This document shows, piece by piece, positions 1-12,910 of a DNA stretch of 64,000 bases. Under the pieces are notes generated by a model. It was not told the DNA's origin and did no database searches. It saw nothing but the letters and a program-made list of their open reading frames with translations. The DNA is from Mytilus trossulus (lineage: Eukaryota). The DNA lies in contig NC_086386.1 in assembly GCF_036588685.1 (NCBI RefSeq), positions 32,798,001 through 32,862,000 of the forward strand, in the 5' to 3' direction. Position numbers and translations under genes: made by a program. The stretch's first letter is position 1. Every line of letters starts with the position of its first letter.

Positions 1-1453
1 TGTTTCCCTTTTATACTTGAAGTGTGTCCCTCGGATTTTTAGTTGTCACCCATATTTGTTTTCTCTCAATCGGTTAATGACTTTTGAACACCGGCATACT
101 ACTGATGCCTTTATTATTCATAACAAATTGATGTAGATCAACTTGTTCGGATATGAAAATTTCACACATGATGTTACCTGCTCTTTGGTCGAGTTGGTAT
201 GTCTTTGACATATATAGTGGCCATTTCCAATCTTAATTTTGTTGACTTCCCCTTTAAAGATAATACAAGGCGACATAACAAAATTATCGAATATATGGCA
301 AATGAAAATTTTTAAAACCTAGTTATCTTTCTTTCACCAGATCATAAATTTTCCTAGTTTAGTTCTGAGGCGCTCTCTTCGCGTACATATATCAATTAAA
401 AAAGGTCTAATTATTTCAAATCGATCATTTTATCTCTCAATATAACTATAGAATAGAACATTCAATTAAACAGAAATTTATTTAGACTATCAGTAAGCAT
501 AGTATTAAAATCTAGCACACGGAGAAACAGTTTAGTATTTCATAAAAACATGTTAATATTACACAGAACTAACTGTAGAACTTGACATCAGTTGTTTTAA
601 AGGGGGCTTCAGGTTTAATTAAACATTTTCTACTAATACAAATGCATGTACCAAGGCAGGAATATAACAGTTGTTTTCCATTCGTTAGATGTGTTTGAGC
701 CTATGATTTTGTCATTTGATAAGGAACTTTCCGTTTGAATTTTCCTCGGTGTTCAGTATTTTTGAAAGTATTATTTTTGAGGTTTTACTTTTTGATCTTA
801 TTCAGATTTATCAGGTATTAATAGCATATGCTTCTATACAGTCATTTGTATTTTGCACAATCTTATATGATACTCTGAATAATGGTCTAAGTTCCATTCG
901 AAACTTTTAAAATTAAATTACCTAATTACTAAATTATAATCCTGGTACCTTTGATAACTTTTAAAAGTATGTACCCTACGCCGACAAAGGAAAGGCTCAT
1001 TTTTGGATATGTATAGCCGAAGGTATTCGAAAAACAATCAGTGTTGTATGCTGAGGCACAACATGAATATGAATATGACTTGACTAGGAAGTTTGCATAC
1101 AATTTTGTTTGGCTAGCTAATATTATCCTGTTCAGCCGTTGAATCTCGTATCAATTTGAGACGTGAGCAAAATGAGAAATGTTACAGTTTGTGCGTATTC
1201 AATATATCGTAAAATAGCTGTTAAATTTTTGACAGCAAAATCTACAACTATGAATATTCATTTCATAAGCGGGAATCTGTTGTTTTTTCGTCTCTTGAAG
1301 TGAAAATGCTATAAAAACTACCATCATTTTTACAGATTGATGAATTATGTAGGCATACGAAATTTTATTAAGACCCGAAAACTTCTACCACCAAATTACG
1401 TATGCTTCGACTGAAGTGTAGTTCGAGAGGACACGATATGTTGAAATGCATTA

Positions 1454-1735
1454 GGGAGCTACAGACTGTACCATTTGATTTTTAGTGGGTGGGGGGCTAG
1501 GATGAAATATTTTGTCCTGCATTTTTTTAGCTGTAATATCTGTCCTGCCTTTTTATTTTCCACTCTATTCGATCCTGCCTTTTTTTTTTTTAGTTTATCC
1601 TGACTTTTTTTTACCTCAATTGTCGTCCTGACTTTTTTTTTGCAAGTGTCTCATTTAATAAAAACTCCTGTCCTGCCTATTTTTTTTAATTTCATCCTGC
1701 CCCCCCTCCCTTAGAAAAATCAAATGGTAGCTCCC
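1454..1735. mobile_element. MITE, PIF/Harbinger (Tourist)-like, 282 bp
   Basis: Terminal inverted repeats GGGAGCTAC..CATTTGATTTTT / AAAAATCAAATGGTAGCTCCC, TTA on both flanks, internal TCCTGC repeats. The right end is tandemly duplicated (about 1716-1755 vs 1756-1795). A partial second copy lies at about 59655-59800. Confidence 0.75.
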
Positions 1736-2816
1736 TTAAGGAAAAACCAAAAATAAAAATCAAATGGTAGCTCCCTTAAGGAAACACCAAAAAATAAACG
1801 CAAAGGAAAACAAAAAAAAGCTCTCAATATTTATTTTTTAGAAATCCATTGAAATCAATATATGCTTTGCGAATAAGCATTCCTATATGACAAAACAATC
1901 TTATATTTACAACAACAATATAAAATGTAAAATGCGCATTTAACCCTCTGAGGGTATTGAAAAAAATTCACAGACGTATTGGTTCAAATTCTGCACATAT
2001 GAAGATCTAACATCATTTGAAACAATTACAGAAGGAGTGATAGTGTGCGTAATTGTGGTTTTGGCCCTGTATTATCCTATCGATAGGTTATCCAATGAAT
2101 AGGTGTCAAATCGTTAGAGGCATATTCAATAAGACAATATTGATGCGAAAAAGTTTGAAAAAAATATCGTAAACCAAAGTAAATTAAAAAAAAGTAAGTC
2201 AATCATTATTGGCAAAATTAATCATTATCAAACATCGGAAAAAGTGAAAACTACTATCATTTTCTTGACTTTGTACGGACATAATCCGAAGAAAACCGCA
2301 TGGTATTAATAATTAAATTATCCTGTAAAACAAGCAAAACACAGCTGACCTGCAAAGTATACCACTTACATTACACAATACGTCTTGTACTGTGTTACAA
2401 CCATTGGATAACACCAACGAGGAAAGGTTCACTCGACTAACGAAAGTCAATTTAGACGAGCGGTATTGCCAAGATATCACAAAAGCACACACGAAGGATA
2501 CAACGAGACGATGTGTCATGGTTTCAGAGAAATCAACAAATTAACAAGTTAATATAGTGAAGATTTTTAATGCATTTTAAAGAAATACAATACAATGTAA
2601 TACATGATATTGAACAGTCATTTTATTTTACATTGTTGACTCATTGTATAACAAATCAACATTTATATAAACTGAAGATAATCATAACATTTAGAAACAA
2701 CAAATTAAACTGTTAACTAGAATTACAAACGAATAGAATTTTACTGGAGACTCAAGTTGAATGCGTTTGTTCTTGGGGAAATCTTCTTTATACGATACAG
2801 CATCAACAAGTATCTT

Positions 2817-5800
2817 TCACTCAATATTCTTCACTGCAAAATAAAATGTCATTTTTGATTTGAATGTGTTTGTCCTTCCTAGTATCACCATGCTATACAA
2901 TTTTAAAAAATTGACGAGAGGTAGAACCTATTGGGTAAACGGGAGTAGCTGGTATCTAGTAATGCTTTGTCATAGTAATATCTTAGAGGACTACTAAATT
3001 CAAAACAAAGATATTGATGAATTCTCATGCGGAAGAATACAAATGTAGTATAATTTTAGACCGTTGAGTTATCTGACAATTCATGATCACTTTTTTCTTG
3101 ACTTTGACTTGCACATATCAATATGAGTGATCTATATTGTTCGAGAAACGTTATTGCAGAACGTTTTAATTTTTAGAACTTCTTTTTGTTCTAACACAAG
3201 GCATTTTTTAAAGTTAAATTCTAAACTACCAAACTAAGTTAAATTTGTTTTAACCTATTTTGCCATTGAGGTATTTGACCTATTTTCAGTTTATAAATAT
3301 TTGACAATACGACTGTTGCCGAATTCAAATAAGTCAGTAAACTGAAGATAACAAGGGTACTCGGAAATCCTGCAGACAAGCATAGACAGACAAAATCTGA
3401 ACACACTTAACATTTCATAAAACTATCAATACCAAACAAAACACAAGGACTACTAACAACATTTGATGAATTCAGATGCTCAAAAATTGCTGGCAGTCAA
3501 CTAGTGACACTCTTTGTATAATGTATTATGCCTAATCAATTTGTGAGTTTTATCAGGTGATAACAAATTATACTATAGTGGATTGGATAATGTCTCGCTT
3601 CTAAAGCTGAGACATACACAAATATGTAAACTGGTATGAAAGCCCCCTTTTAGGACTAAATATAGATAACCACGTTTTTGGTAGGATAAATGCAGATATT
3701 GATCAATAAAATAGCACAAAATGCGACATAGAAAGATGACAAAAAAATAAAATAAGTAAAAATCGCCTGACTCTAATAGACATGACAAAAAGAAAATAAC
3801 CACGAAAGATAAACAACAGATTTCTAAACACTACATATACGGATCATTTAGCATTCACTACCTCTATAAACTGAATTTCTATCTCCTGCGCCACACATTC
3901 GGTTTTCACCGCTACATTTCATGTTACATTCTCTCTCTGGAGCAGGTCTGTGATTGGCAGAGTCGATGGTGTTCCCACAGAAACATTCATTACTATACTG
4001 TAAATGAAAACACAGATATTCACATTTTAAACTTGGGAGTACATGGTTTATTTGTTAATTTGCTTAGACTTTTAACTAGCTTACAGTAACTGTATTGGTA
4101 TAATCATTATACCAGATAAAGTTTTTAACAGAATGTGATTTAAGAGCAGAATAGGTGTTACACAAATGAATTCAACGCCAAGATAGCAATTTAACCTAAC
4201 GAATGATAATTAAAATCTTTTAGAAATAAACATAGGTCTTCAACAATAGACTAGTAACTATTCAATATATCTATCTTCAAATGGTTCCGAGCTTTATATA
4301 AGATTAGATAAACTAAAGAAAATAAAAGATCTTGCATCAACACATATTTCCGCAAACAGAACATAACCAAACAATTAAAAAGTATAAGCCATGAGTTTTG
4401 TTCATTGTTCAAGGCCGTTCGATAAACAACCATGAATTCAAAAAAAGACAGGAAAATAATCACAAGATTTAGAACTAGCTGTCATGATCTTGAAATTGAA
4501 AGAGGGAGGCATATTGGAATTAAAGCTGAAGACAGAAAGTGTAAGCTATGTAAGAACGCAGTTGAAGACGAACTACATTTTCTTTTTAAATGTCCTGTTC
4601 TAAAAGATATTCGATCTCAACATCTATCTAATTTAAATTCTAAATTCAAAAAAATTTCAAGATTATCTGATGAAATGAAATTTGTTTGGATTCTTTCATC
4701 TGAAGATTTGTTTGTTACTTCAACCTTATCTAATTTATTGTACTCCCTTTTTGAAGAACGAAAGAAAATTATAGAAATATTGTTGTTTGAAAAAAAATAA
4801 TAGAAGAAAAATATATCAAGATATATATATAGGAAAGAGAATTGATCAGGAGTTGTCTCCCATAGACCTAGAACTATAAATAATTATGTAATTTCTCCAG
4901 GTCACAGTGGCACCCATAACAACTATGTTTTGTCAACAACTTGGTTTATATCAGGTTAATTAGTGTAAATGTTTATTCATGTGGTTTTTTGTTTAAATGT
5001 ACTTTAATCATTCTAATCACTTTCTGTGCTTTATTTTGTAATTTTGATTGTAGAGCTCAAATTTTGGGCACCATGATTGGTTAATAAAATTATCTATCTA
5101 TCTACCAATAGTTGCTTACTTCTATATCATTTATTTATTGGTGGATAGTTGTCTCATTGGTTATCATGGTTAGCAGTTGCTTTATATTGACAGAATAATA
5201 TTTTCAACAGATAGCGAGTTTTACTTACTTGTAAACCCAAAAAAGTATATCCTCTGCATAACTCTCGACACTTCTCTAATGTAAGGTGTGAAATATGTTT
5301 GATTATACGTGATCGAAGCATTGAATTGCGGTCTCTGAAGCAACCAATATAACCTACAAAATATACACAATTAGTTTATCTTTAAATCAAAAATATATTA
5401 TTTTTGCAAAACAGAGATTTGGGGGCAAAACATCAATTAAGCTAGGTAGATAGTTGTCTTATAACCAATCAAATAGCTTCGCCTAAAAATCTAGAGTGCA
5501 TCTTCTAGCGTTTGCGTAACTATTTATTGCGTTTTCCCATATGCCATCTGCAAGTTATGAATATAAACTATGAATACATTGACTAGTGCTCTTCTAAAAG
5601 TGTTGTGTCAAAGTTTTGAATTATTATAATTAAAAGGAAAAGAATCATTTACGTCCAATTTCGATAACCTTTGTTTTCAAATAGTCATCTTTTAAATGTT
5701 CACATTCTTAGTAAAGTATATTGTCTATTGTTATCTTATTTTGATTTAAAGTCATCTTGCATTGATTGTAGATCTATAATAATATGTTTAAACAAATGGG

Positions 5801-6286
5801 AAATTAACCACTGTCTCTGCCTTCCATGTAATACACTTGTTAATTAATATAAATGAAGATATGTTGATATGTTGATGTATTATGTATTACTCGTGTTGTT
5901 GGGTTGATTTCACATCGCGAAAAACGCCCTTTTCCCCTTTTTTTTTTATATTTAAGTCAAAATGTTTTCAGAGAAATATTGATGGAGTTATATCAAATTC
6001 AATATTTATCTAAAACGCATGTCTGTAAAACAGGGATTTATTTGTAATTTAAATTCTGTTTGCATTAATCATACAAAATACCTCTGTTAATCAGTGTACC
6101 TTGACGACCTTTTACATCTGCTTCGATCCCCTTTAGTTGTCCCTGCATAGTAGATACCATGTTCAATAATGTCTTTAAATCGTGTCCATTGCCAGTTAAA
6201 GAAATTGAACAGGTATAGTCTTTTTTGTCTTGAGCTGCAACGACAAAACAGAGAAGACAAACCAATAAGCCTTTACATAAAAACAT
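2817..6286 (-). CDS. Secreted WSC-domain protein (signal peptide + short coiled coil + WSC), 154 aa; exons 6100-6286, 5229-5353, 3862-3997, 2817-2833
   Basis: All introns are GT..AG with matching phases (1,0,1). Spliced protein: MFLCKGLLVCLLCFVVAAQD...GRQ G YIGCFRDRNSMLRSRIIKHISHLTLEKCRELCRGYTFLGLQ YSNECFCGNTIDSANHRPAPERECNMKCSGENRMCGAGDRNSVYR VKNIE*. This gives the WSC pattern YxGCF..C..C..GLQ..ECFCG..C..C..CG..SVY. AATAAA on the minus strand near 2622. An alternative same-phase donor is possible at about 6081. Confidence 0.88.
4090..5103 (+). mobile_element. 5'-truncated non-LTR retrotransposon 3' end (RTEX/CR1-like), antisense within WSC intron 2
   Basis: ORF 4432-4800 has the LINE ORF2 C-terminal motif RFRTSCHDLEIERGRH..RKCKLC..EDELHFLFKCP. 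It is followed by a 3'UTR, AATAAA and a (TATC)n tail at about 5084-5103. The 5' boundary is approximate. Confidence 0.75.
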
Positions 6287-6972
6287 TCTTATTTTTGTCT
6301 TTGTTGTTTTACCTACACTGTGAGTATTCTATCTCAATAGATAAAGTAAATGTTGAATATTCTATATTATTTTCAGCTTCCTTATTGAATTATCAAATTA
6401 CAAAATTTGAGAGGATCAATTTAAACAGGCTGTCAGACACGTTTTTCTAAAATAACAGTTTTTCTTCCTTGTTCGCATCAAATAACAATATTGACGTTCC
6501 AGATTATAATGCTTTTACCGGTTATGATATATGTTTTTAAAAAATAATACTTTTTCACTTTAAGAGAGATAATCAATATTCGAACAAGAAAAGTCTAGGA
6601 ACTACCCTATGTCTATACACAAATAAACCCGCTCACAGTATACTTAATGCAGCACAAAAAATTAAATGCTCAGGGTATAGAAGTATATATTAATTGACAT
6701 TTTCTACAAAGAGCCATAAATATATTGTTTATTGTGTAAAAGACCTGTATGCACATATAAAAAGTCCAAAACTTGAGTTGAAGCGAATTTATTTCAATGA
6801 TATCAAAACAACAGACACCCACAAAAGTAAAAAAAACCCAACTCATTAAATATATCAGGGATATAATTTTGTTTGTCTACAAAAGACACATCATTGATAC
6901 GTGAACTAAAAAAGTTAAGATGTCTAATCAAGTACGTAGTTGAATAGCATTGATGACCCACAATTATTCGCT

Positions 6973-8108
6973 TTCGCTTTTAATTCTTTACTTTATAGCG
7001 TCTAATATTTCATCGCAATACTGCTTAATAGTCAGTCGAGAATAGAAATATTAAAAATTTCTCTGAGTCTGATGACATCTATATTAGTTATTTCATTTTC
7101 AGGCAAAATTACAGCTAATTAATACATCTTTTTTTTCAACACTGAATTAAAAATCATCTTGTATCGAAAGAATTCATCATAAGACGTCATAATCAGTATG
7201 AGAATAAACATGACCATACACAATGCCAAAATATTAGTATCGACAGGATTAGGGCCGTTAGTTCTCACGTACATATATGTTGACTATTGGACAGGCATTG
7301 TCCTTCGTAACATCGATCATGGGGTTGTAAAGCTCTTTAAAGAGATAACGATTATACTTTTGTACTCAAGTCCAAATCGAAACGTAGTTGCAGAGGATTA
7401 CAAACCAAATATTCTGAAAAATTGTGCCAAATACGGTTAAGGCAATCTATACCTTGGGTAAGTAAAACCTTAATGTTACCGAAAATTCATCAGACAACGG
7501 GAAGGAATTTCCCAATAAGAACATAGGAGATACAGTATAGAGTCGTATACTGTGAACTGTATGTCACGTATGTTTTCTTCATTTAGCATTGATATGCTTA
7601 TATATCTAATTTAAGTTGTATAACGTATTAGAGATGGTTTGGCACCCTGTTTCCGTATTTGAAATCTTTGTAGTTGAGAAATGTTGAGAATGTGAAATGA
7701 TCTGCACTGCCTAGTCGTCCATTAAGTACCTAAAATTCTTATTGTGGGCTTATGTTGCTCCAAAAAAAGGCAAACAAATATAAAAAAGAAGATGTGGTAT
7801 GATTGCCAATGAGACAACTATCCACAAAAGACCAAAATGACTCAGACATTAACAACTATAGGTTACCGTACGGCTTTCAACAATGAGCTAAGCCCATACC
7901 GCATAGTCAGCTATAAAAGGCCCCGATAAGAGGCTGTATACAACGGAAATTGTTAAAACTGTGCAGTTTAGCAATGTTTGGAGAAGACGAAACGCACTTC
8001 TTGCGTACAAACTTTTAATCCTAGTATTTATGAAGAATTAATTGACAAGGACAGCAACGAGGGCAATTCCAAAATATTCAATCATCGACTCAAATATTTC
8101 TTCATACT
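6973..8108 (+). repeat. Long direct repeat, copy 1 (paralogous to 25058-26257)
   Basis: Colinear match from TTCG(C/T)TTTTAATTCTTTACTTTATAGCGTCTAATATT to CTCAAATATTTCTTCATACT, roughly 85% identical by eye. This copy has an extra ~150-bp repeat at about 7781-7930 and lacks ~225 bp present in copy 2. Confidence 0.9.
7781..7930 (+). repeat. Dispersed repeat family A (AAGAAGATGTGGTATGATTGCCAATGAGACAAC...), representative copy
   Basis: Other copies at about 15590-15965(-), 17817-17910, 26335-26435, 34265-34465(-), 49835-49975, 54070-54290(-), 55580-55990(-), 57940-58050. It is absent from the paralogous site near 26078, which shows it is an insertion. Confidence 0.85.
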
Positions 8109-8618
8109 TTGATTTTAAGAAAAATAACACAAACATATGTAACACTCCTCAAAACGTGTCCATTTAGCTCAAACTTTTGGCATTGACGTCAGTAATTTCG
8201 ATAGCAAATTCAGCTCATGAATAGTTTTCCGCAGGAGTCTAAAGAAAAGGAAAATATATTCAAGGTTGTCTATATATCGAAATTGTTTTGTGCAATTTCT
8301 GAAGATTTGAAAAAAATAGGGAGGTAAAACAGGATAATCAAAAAAAAATTACAGAGGTGCCTAAAGCCCAAAATTCTTCATACCCTATGTTACGAACTTT
8401 CTGTCTGTCAAATGTTCATTATCATGTACCTATTGTGTGGGCGTGGTGGGTTTGGGGTGGATGGACATGTTTCTGGGTGTTGCGTATATAATTTTGCAAT
8501 ATCCATTTTTTTTGTTTTAGCGTTTTTGAGCAAACCAGCGTATCCCAAGGCCTTGATAACCTATGCAGGCCCGAAATAAGACGGCAAAGACCACCAAAAT
8601 TGGAGAGAAAACTGAAAA

Positions 8619-8925
8619 AACAAGAATGTGTCCACAGTACTATCATTTTCTATGTTTACTGGACCGTGAAATTGAAATAAATTCCCTTATTTGGCATTAA
8701 ATAAAGAATGATCTTATCAAAGGGAACATTTTTACTAAGTTTCAAGTTGATTGGACTTCAACTTCATCAAAAACTACCTTGACCAAAAACTTTAACCTGA
8801 AGTGTAACAGACGGACGAACGAACAGACGGACAGACGGACGGACGAACGAACGAACGAACGGACGAACGAACGCACAGACCAGAAAACATAATACCCCTC
8901 TACTATCGTAGGTGGGGCATAAAAA
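8619..8925. mobile_element. Helentron-associated (HINE/pearl-like) non-autonomous element with (GGAC/GAAC)n microsatellite
   Basis: Tetranucleotide microsatellite 8806-8880 next to the terminal hairpin ATACCCCTCTACTATCGTAGGTGGGGCAT and an A run. Related copies at about 36218-36443, 60021-60320 (inverted) and 61190-61360. The family assignment is from structure only. Confidence 0.65.
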
Positions 8926-9855
8926 TGCTTTTTAACCTCAGTGATATTAACCATTGACATGCTGAATTGTTTTCAGAAATCGTCCAAATTTCGAGTATTT
9001 GCAAAAATATGCAAATGAGCTGTACCCTGATGCTGATGCATACTGAGTGCATTAAATCTAATAGAGGGGATCACGGGTTGGGGTTGTCGGGATGAGAACG
9101 CGGGGACGAATGGGCTGGAATGTAGCTAATGATGGTCCTTATGTGCAAAAAGCGTCAATTTTGACGTTTTTTCTTCTTTTTTTCAACCTGGAAGTCCGAG
9201 AGATGCTAATAGATGGATTCACCTGTAATATACTTGTAGAATGGACCCAGTGATCACATGTATCATAATTTTTTTTTAGGTACGAGTGAAACTGATCTTG
9301 GTTTATGAGTCTTAAAAAGGCCATTTGCACCAAAATAAAAAAAAAAATCCGTTTTTTCCGATTTTGAACTTTTACTACACTTGCAACAGAAAGTAATCGT
9401 TTCCTTTGCGTATTTTGATTAAAAAAACATGATCAATTGTTATATGCCTTCGTGTTAACAGTATTTGTCAAAGTTTCAGTCCTCATAACTCTGTTTTTCA
9501 GACCTCGAAGATAAGCCCACCCCTCAAAAAAACCCAATTTTGTCCGATTTCAATTTTTGAAGTTCGTATTTGAGCTACCAACTGAGCAACATGACACTCA
9601 ATAGTGTCAGGCTGAGGAAACTTGCACACACTTTGTATGGAGCACCTTTGATGTCATTTTCATGTAGAGTCCAAAAGACTATGCAATTGTTGTTGAATAT
9701 ATCTTTTTAGCTATAGTATCACCTTACTAATTTACTAAGACATATATCTTTGCTGTAAGTTTAAAAAAAGAACTGTTCAGCTATAAACGATATCTTTAAA
9801 TGCTACAGCACAATGAAATCAACTCTCGTAAATTTCATTGTTTATCCAAGACATA

Positions 9856-10071
9856 CCGTATAGCGGGTTATTTTCGCTGGTGTAAAATTTCGCGATTTTC
9901 ATTGAACAAGGTATACGAAATATTTTAGCGGTTATTATTTTGGCGGATGAAAACTTTTATTTATACCTTTGCATGTACACCTTTAATTTGGCGGAATTTA
10001 TTTTGGCGATTTTCTTCTATCCGCGAAAATAAGCGAAAATTAACACCCCGCGAAAATAACCCGCTATACGG
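9856..10071. mobile_element. MITE, Tc1/mariner(pogo)-like, 216 bp
   Basis: Perfect 22-bp TIR CCGTATAGCGGGTTATTTTCGC / GCGAAAATAACCCGCTATACGG flanked by TA on both sides. A partial copy lies at about 19667-19730. Confidence 0.85.
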
Positions 10072-10524
10072 TATATATCTACCATATTAACAGGATGAAC
10101 ACAAGTGAATTGATCAGACAGTTGTTCAGAAGATTTGGAGCTGAAGATAAAACAATGTAAAGGTAATGTATGATGTTCTTGTTATTGAGAAAAAAGTAAT
10201 AAGTTTCTTTCATTAAACAGTCTCGTTATATTTTTTACTTTGGAACATAATGCTTTTGTTAACTATACCTACAGTTTCGGTCCGTAATTCTTAAGTTTCC
10301 TTTATAATGGCTTTAACAAAATATTAATTCTTTGTGAACAGAAGTAATTATACTTTTAATAATCTCTTTGTGACACTCTCATAGAACATATATCTATTTT
10401 CCCTATCATATTATGTCTTTGTTTTATGAAGAAACTCGTTCTATCATCCACCAACATATCCCTTCTAAAATAATTATACAGTTATAACACAGACATGTGT
10501 TAACATAAGAAATATTAGAATGTA

Positions 10525-12862
10525 TTATTTCTCATTTAAAAGATTGAATATGTACGTCTCTTTTCCTGCTGTGACTAGTTTTCCTTGCTTTGAATTATAT
10601 GACATCAAATTATATTTCAGTATTTTAAATACTGTTGTTCTAGCAGTTTTATGATTGTTCACTTCAGATGACACATGTTGTACGGATTCATCCTCACACA
10701 CCGCATACAGACTGCCATCTTGGACAGAAGTCATACTCCAGAGTGGTGAAGGTAATGTTAGAGTGTGATGTCTGTCATCAGTATAACTGTACCAGTACAG
10801 CTTATTGTTGGTGTTGTTGTTATGGGTATCACAGTAGAATATTTTGTCGCCAGAACCACGTAATGTTGGGTTGACAGTCAATCGGTATAGTCTGTACCAT
10901 CTCTCCTGTCTGCTGATCTATGATCTGTAGTATCGTGTCACCACTTACAACTAACTTGTTGTGTATAGTTGTAATGTCACTCCCACAACACTTTCCAGGT
11001 ACTGATATTGATTTAAGTTTGAGTTTATTGTTTATGTCATACATCTCTATACAATCACTATCATACAGTGTAACAGCTACATTAGAATTGTTTACTGCTA
11101 TAACACACCATGGTTCACCCTTTACATGTATACTGTCCAACTGTGATCCATCTGTATTACAGATCAGTAGTCTCCTCTGGTAATGTAAACACATCACCAG
11201 TCTACCATCATCCATCATCACTATATCTGATCCACCTGGTCCCCAGTTATCACAGTCAATTTCATATATCAGGTTTGTCGCATGATGTTGTGTGAAGATA
11301 GCCTGGTCTAGTTTGTAGGGTTGTATTTATTGGTCTTTTATTTCGGAAATAAGAAATATATGGGTTGAACACTGAACTTAATAGAAGGATCAGTTTATAT
11401 TTTGATTTTTGTATAAGTTAATTATTATTTACCATTCAAAAGATATTTTTGGATCTTGAAAATAGATATAATATAAATGTTAGATACAAACCTTGTTCAT
11501 CAAATTTTTCTTTACCTTTCTGGCAAACTACTCCTTGCATGAATCCCTACAAGAAAATGAGAATGTATAAAAATAAATAGAGATATTTTTTGTAAAAACA
11601 AAAAGAGTATAATTAATTTTAGTATCGATTATAGACACTTTTTTAATTTTTTGATTTCTGAGGGCCAATCATTATATTACAGTTTGTACTCAAAAGATCA
11701 AGCGGTCTTAATTAGTTCATTATACAGTTCCTGTGTAGTCAATTTTCTTTATCTTTTTTTAGTGTCAGCTTTCAAGTAAACGATTAAACGTAAACATATG
11801 TTAAATACAGAAGTCTGTTACAATTGTGATGTAACCTCTTCAACACATGATTTTCTAGAATAGAAACAACTCATTTAACTCTTTCACTAATACCAGCCCT
11901 GACAGAACCCACTCTTGAGACGATGGTTTCCCTGGCTATTATGACACAAGAAAGAGATCATTATATTAAATATCAATATAATATTGTCTGTAGTTATTTT
12001 TGTCTTTATTTTATTCAAGTACACCATGTTCAGGGTTATGTTCTTGTTTTAAAAGATTTTTCGTCATGAAAAAATCAAAATTTGCAAATTTTCAGCATTC
12101 TTTTAATGAAATTCTCAAAATCATACTTTTTTTTACCCTAAATCGTAATTTTTTAACCTTACACAGCAAAAGTTTAAAAATTTTAATGAGGTAAAAAAAT
12201 TCTTTACACTGTACAATGTCCATTCCAAGTGTATTTTTACCAAAAAAAATCATTTTAATGTAAAAAAAAAAGTATACTTGTATGGCTTCAATTCTTCCAT
12301 CTTCTTTATAAAAATTGCCCTTATTTGAAATTCTAGTAGAATCTGTAAATTTCATCTGATATTGACACTGTTTTCAACAAATGAAAGTGCCATGTTTAAA
12401 CTTTTATCCAGGTATTAAAAAAAGAAAGATTAATGTGTTTGCAATGTTTTTTTAGCATGAAGGTATGGAAAGAGGTATTCCGATCCCTGTGAATCAGAGT
12501 CATCGTCAGTTGTCTGAAGTGTAAATCTTTATATACTGGGATTCTTTGGCGAAAGGGATAGATTAAGTGTGAAGCCATTTCAACAACACAATTTTAGTTC
12601 ACCTTGCAATTGACAACTTTTACTTATTTGCTTAGTGTTGATAGCTAGCTTTCAGTGCAGAAGAAAACTTGGATCAAAAGTACAATTTATGAAAATTTAG
12701 ATTTCGCAAATGTTAAGAAAATGTGTTACACCCAGCAACTTATCTAATTATTTGTTTTATGATATCGAATCATATACAAGCAACACAGATTATTGAATGC
12801 ATGTAAAAAATGGAAATATACATAAAAACAAAATGGCTCAAGGGTTTTCCATTTTCTGTTGG

Positions 12863-12910
<48 letters not shown>

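Noticed and set aside
8742-8960. ORF with VRSF repeats
   Set aside because: Translation of the (GAAC/GGAC)n microsatellite of a non-autonomous element.
12092-12578. Two minus-strand ORFs in intron 2 of the HEPN pseudogene as extra exons
   Set aside because: The flanking exons already join in phase without them, and I recognise no domain. They cannot be excluded without transcripts.
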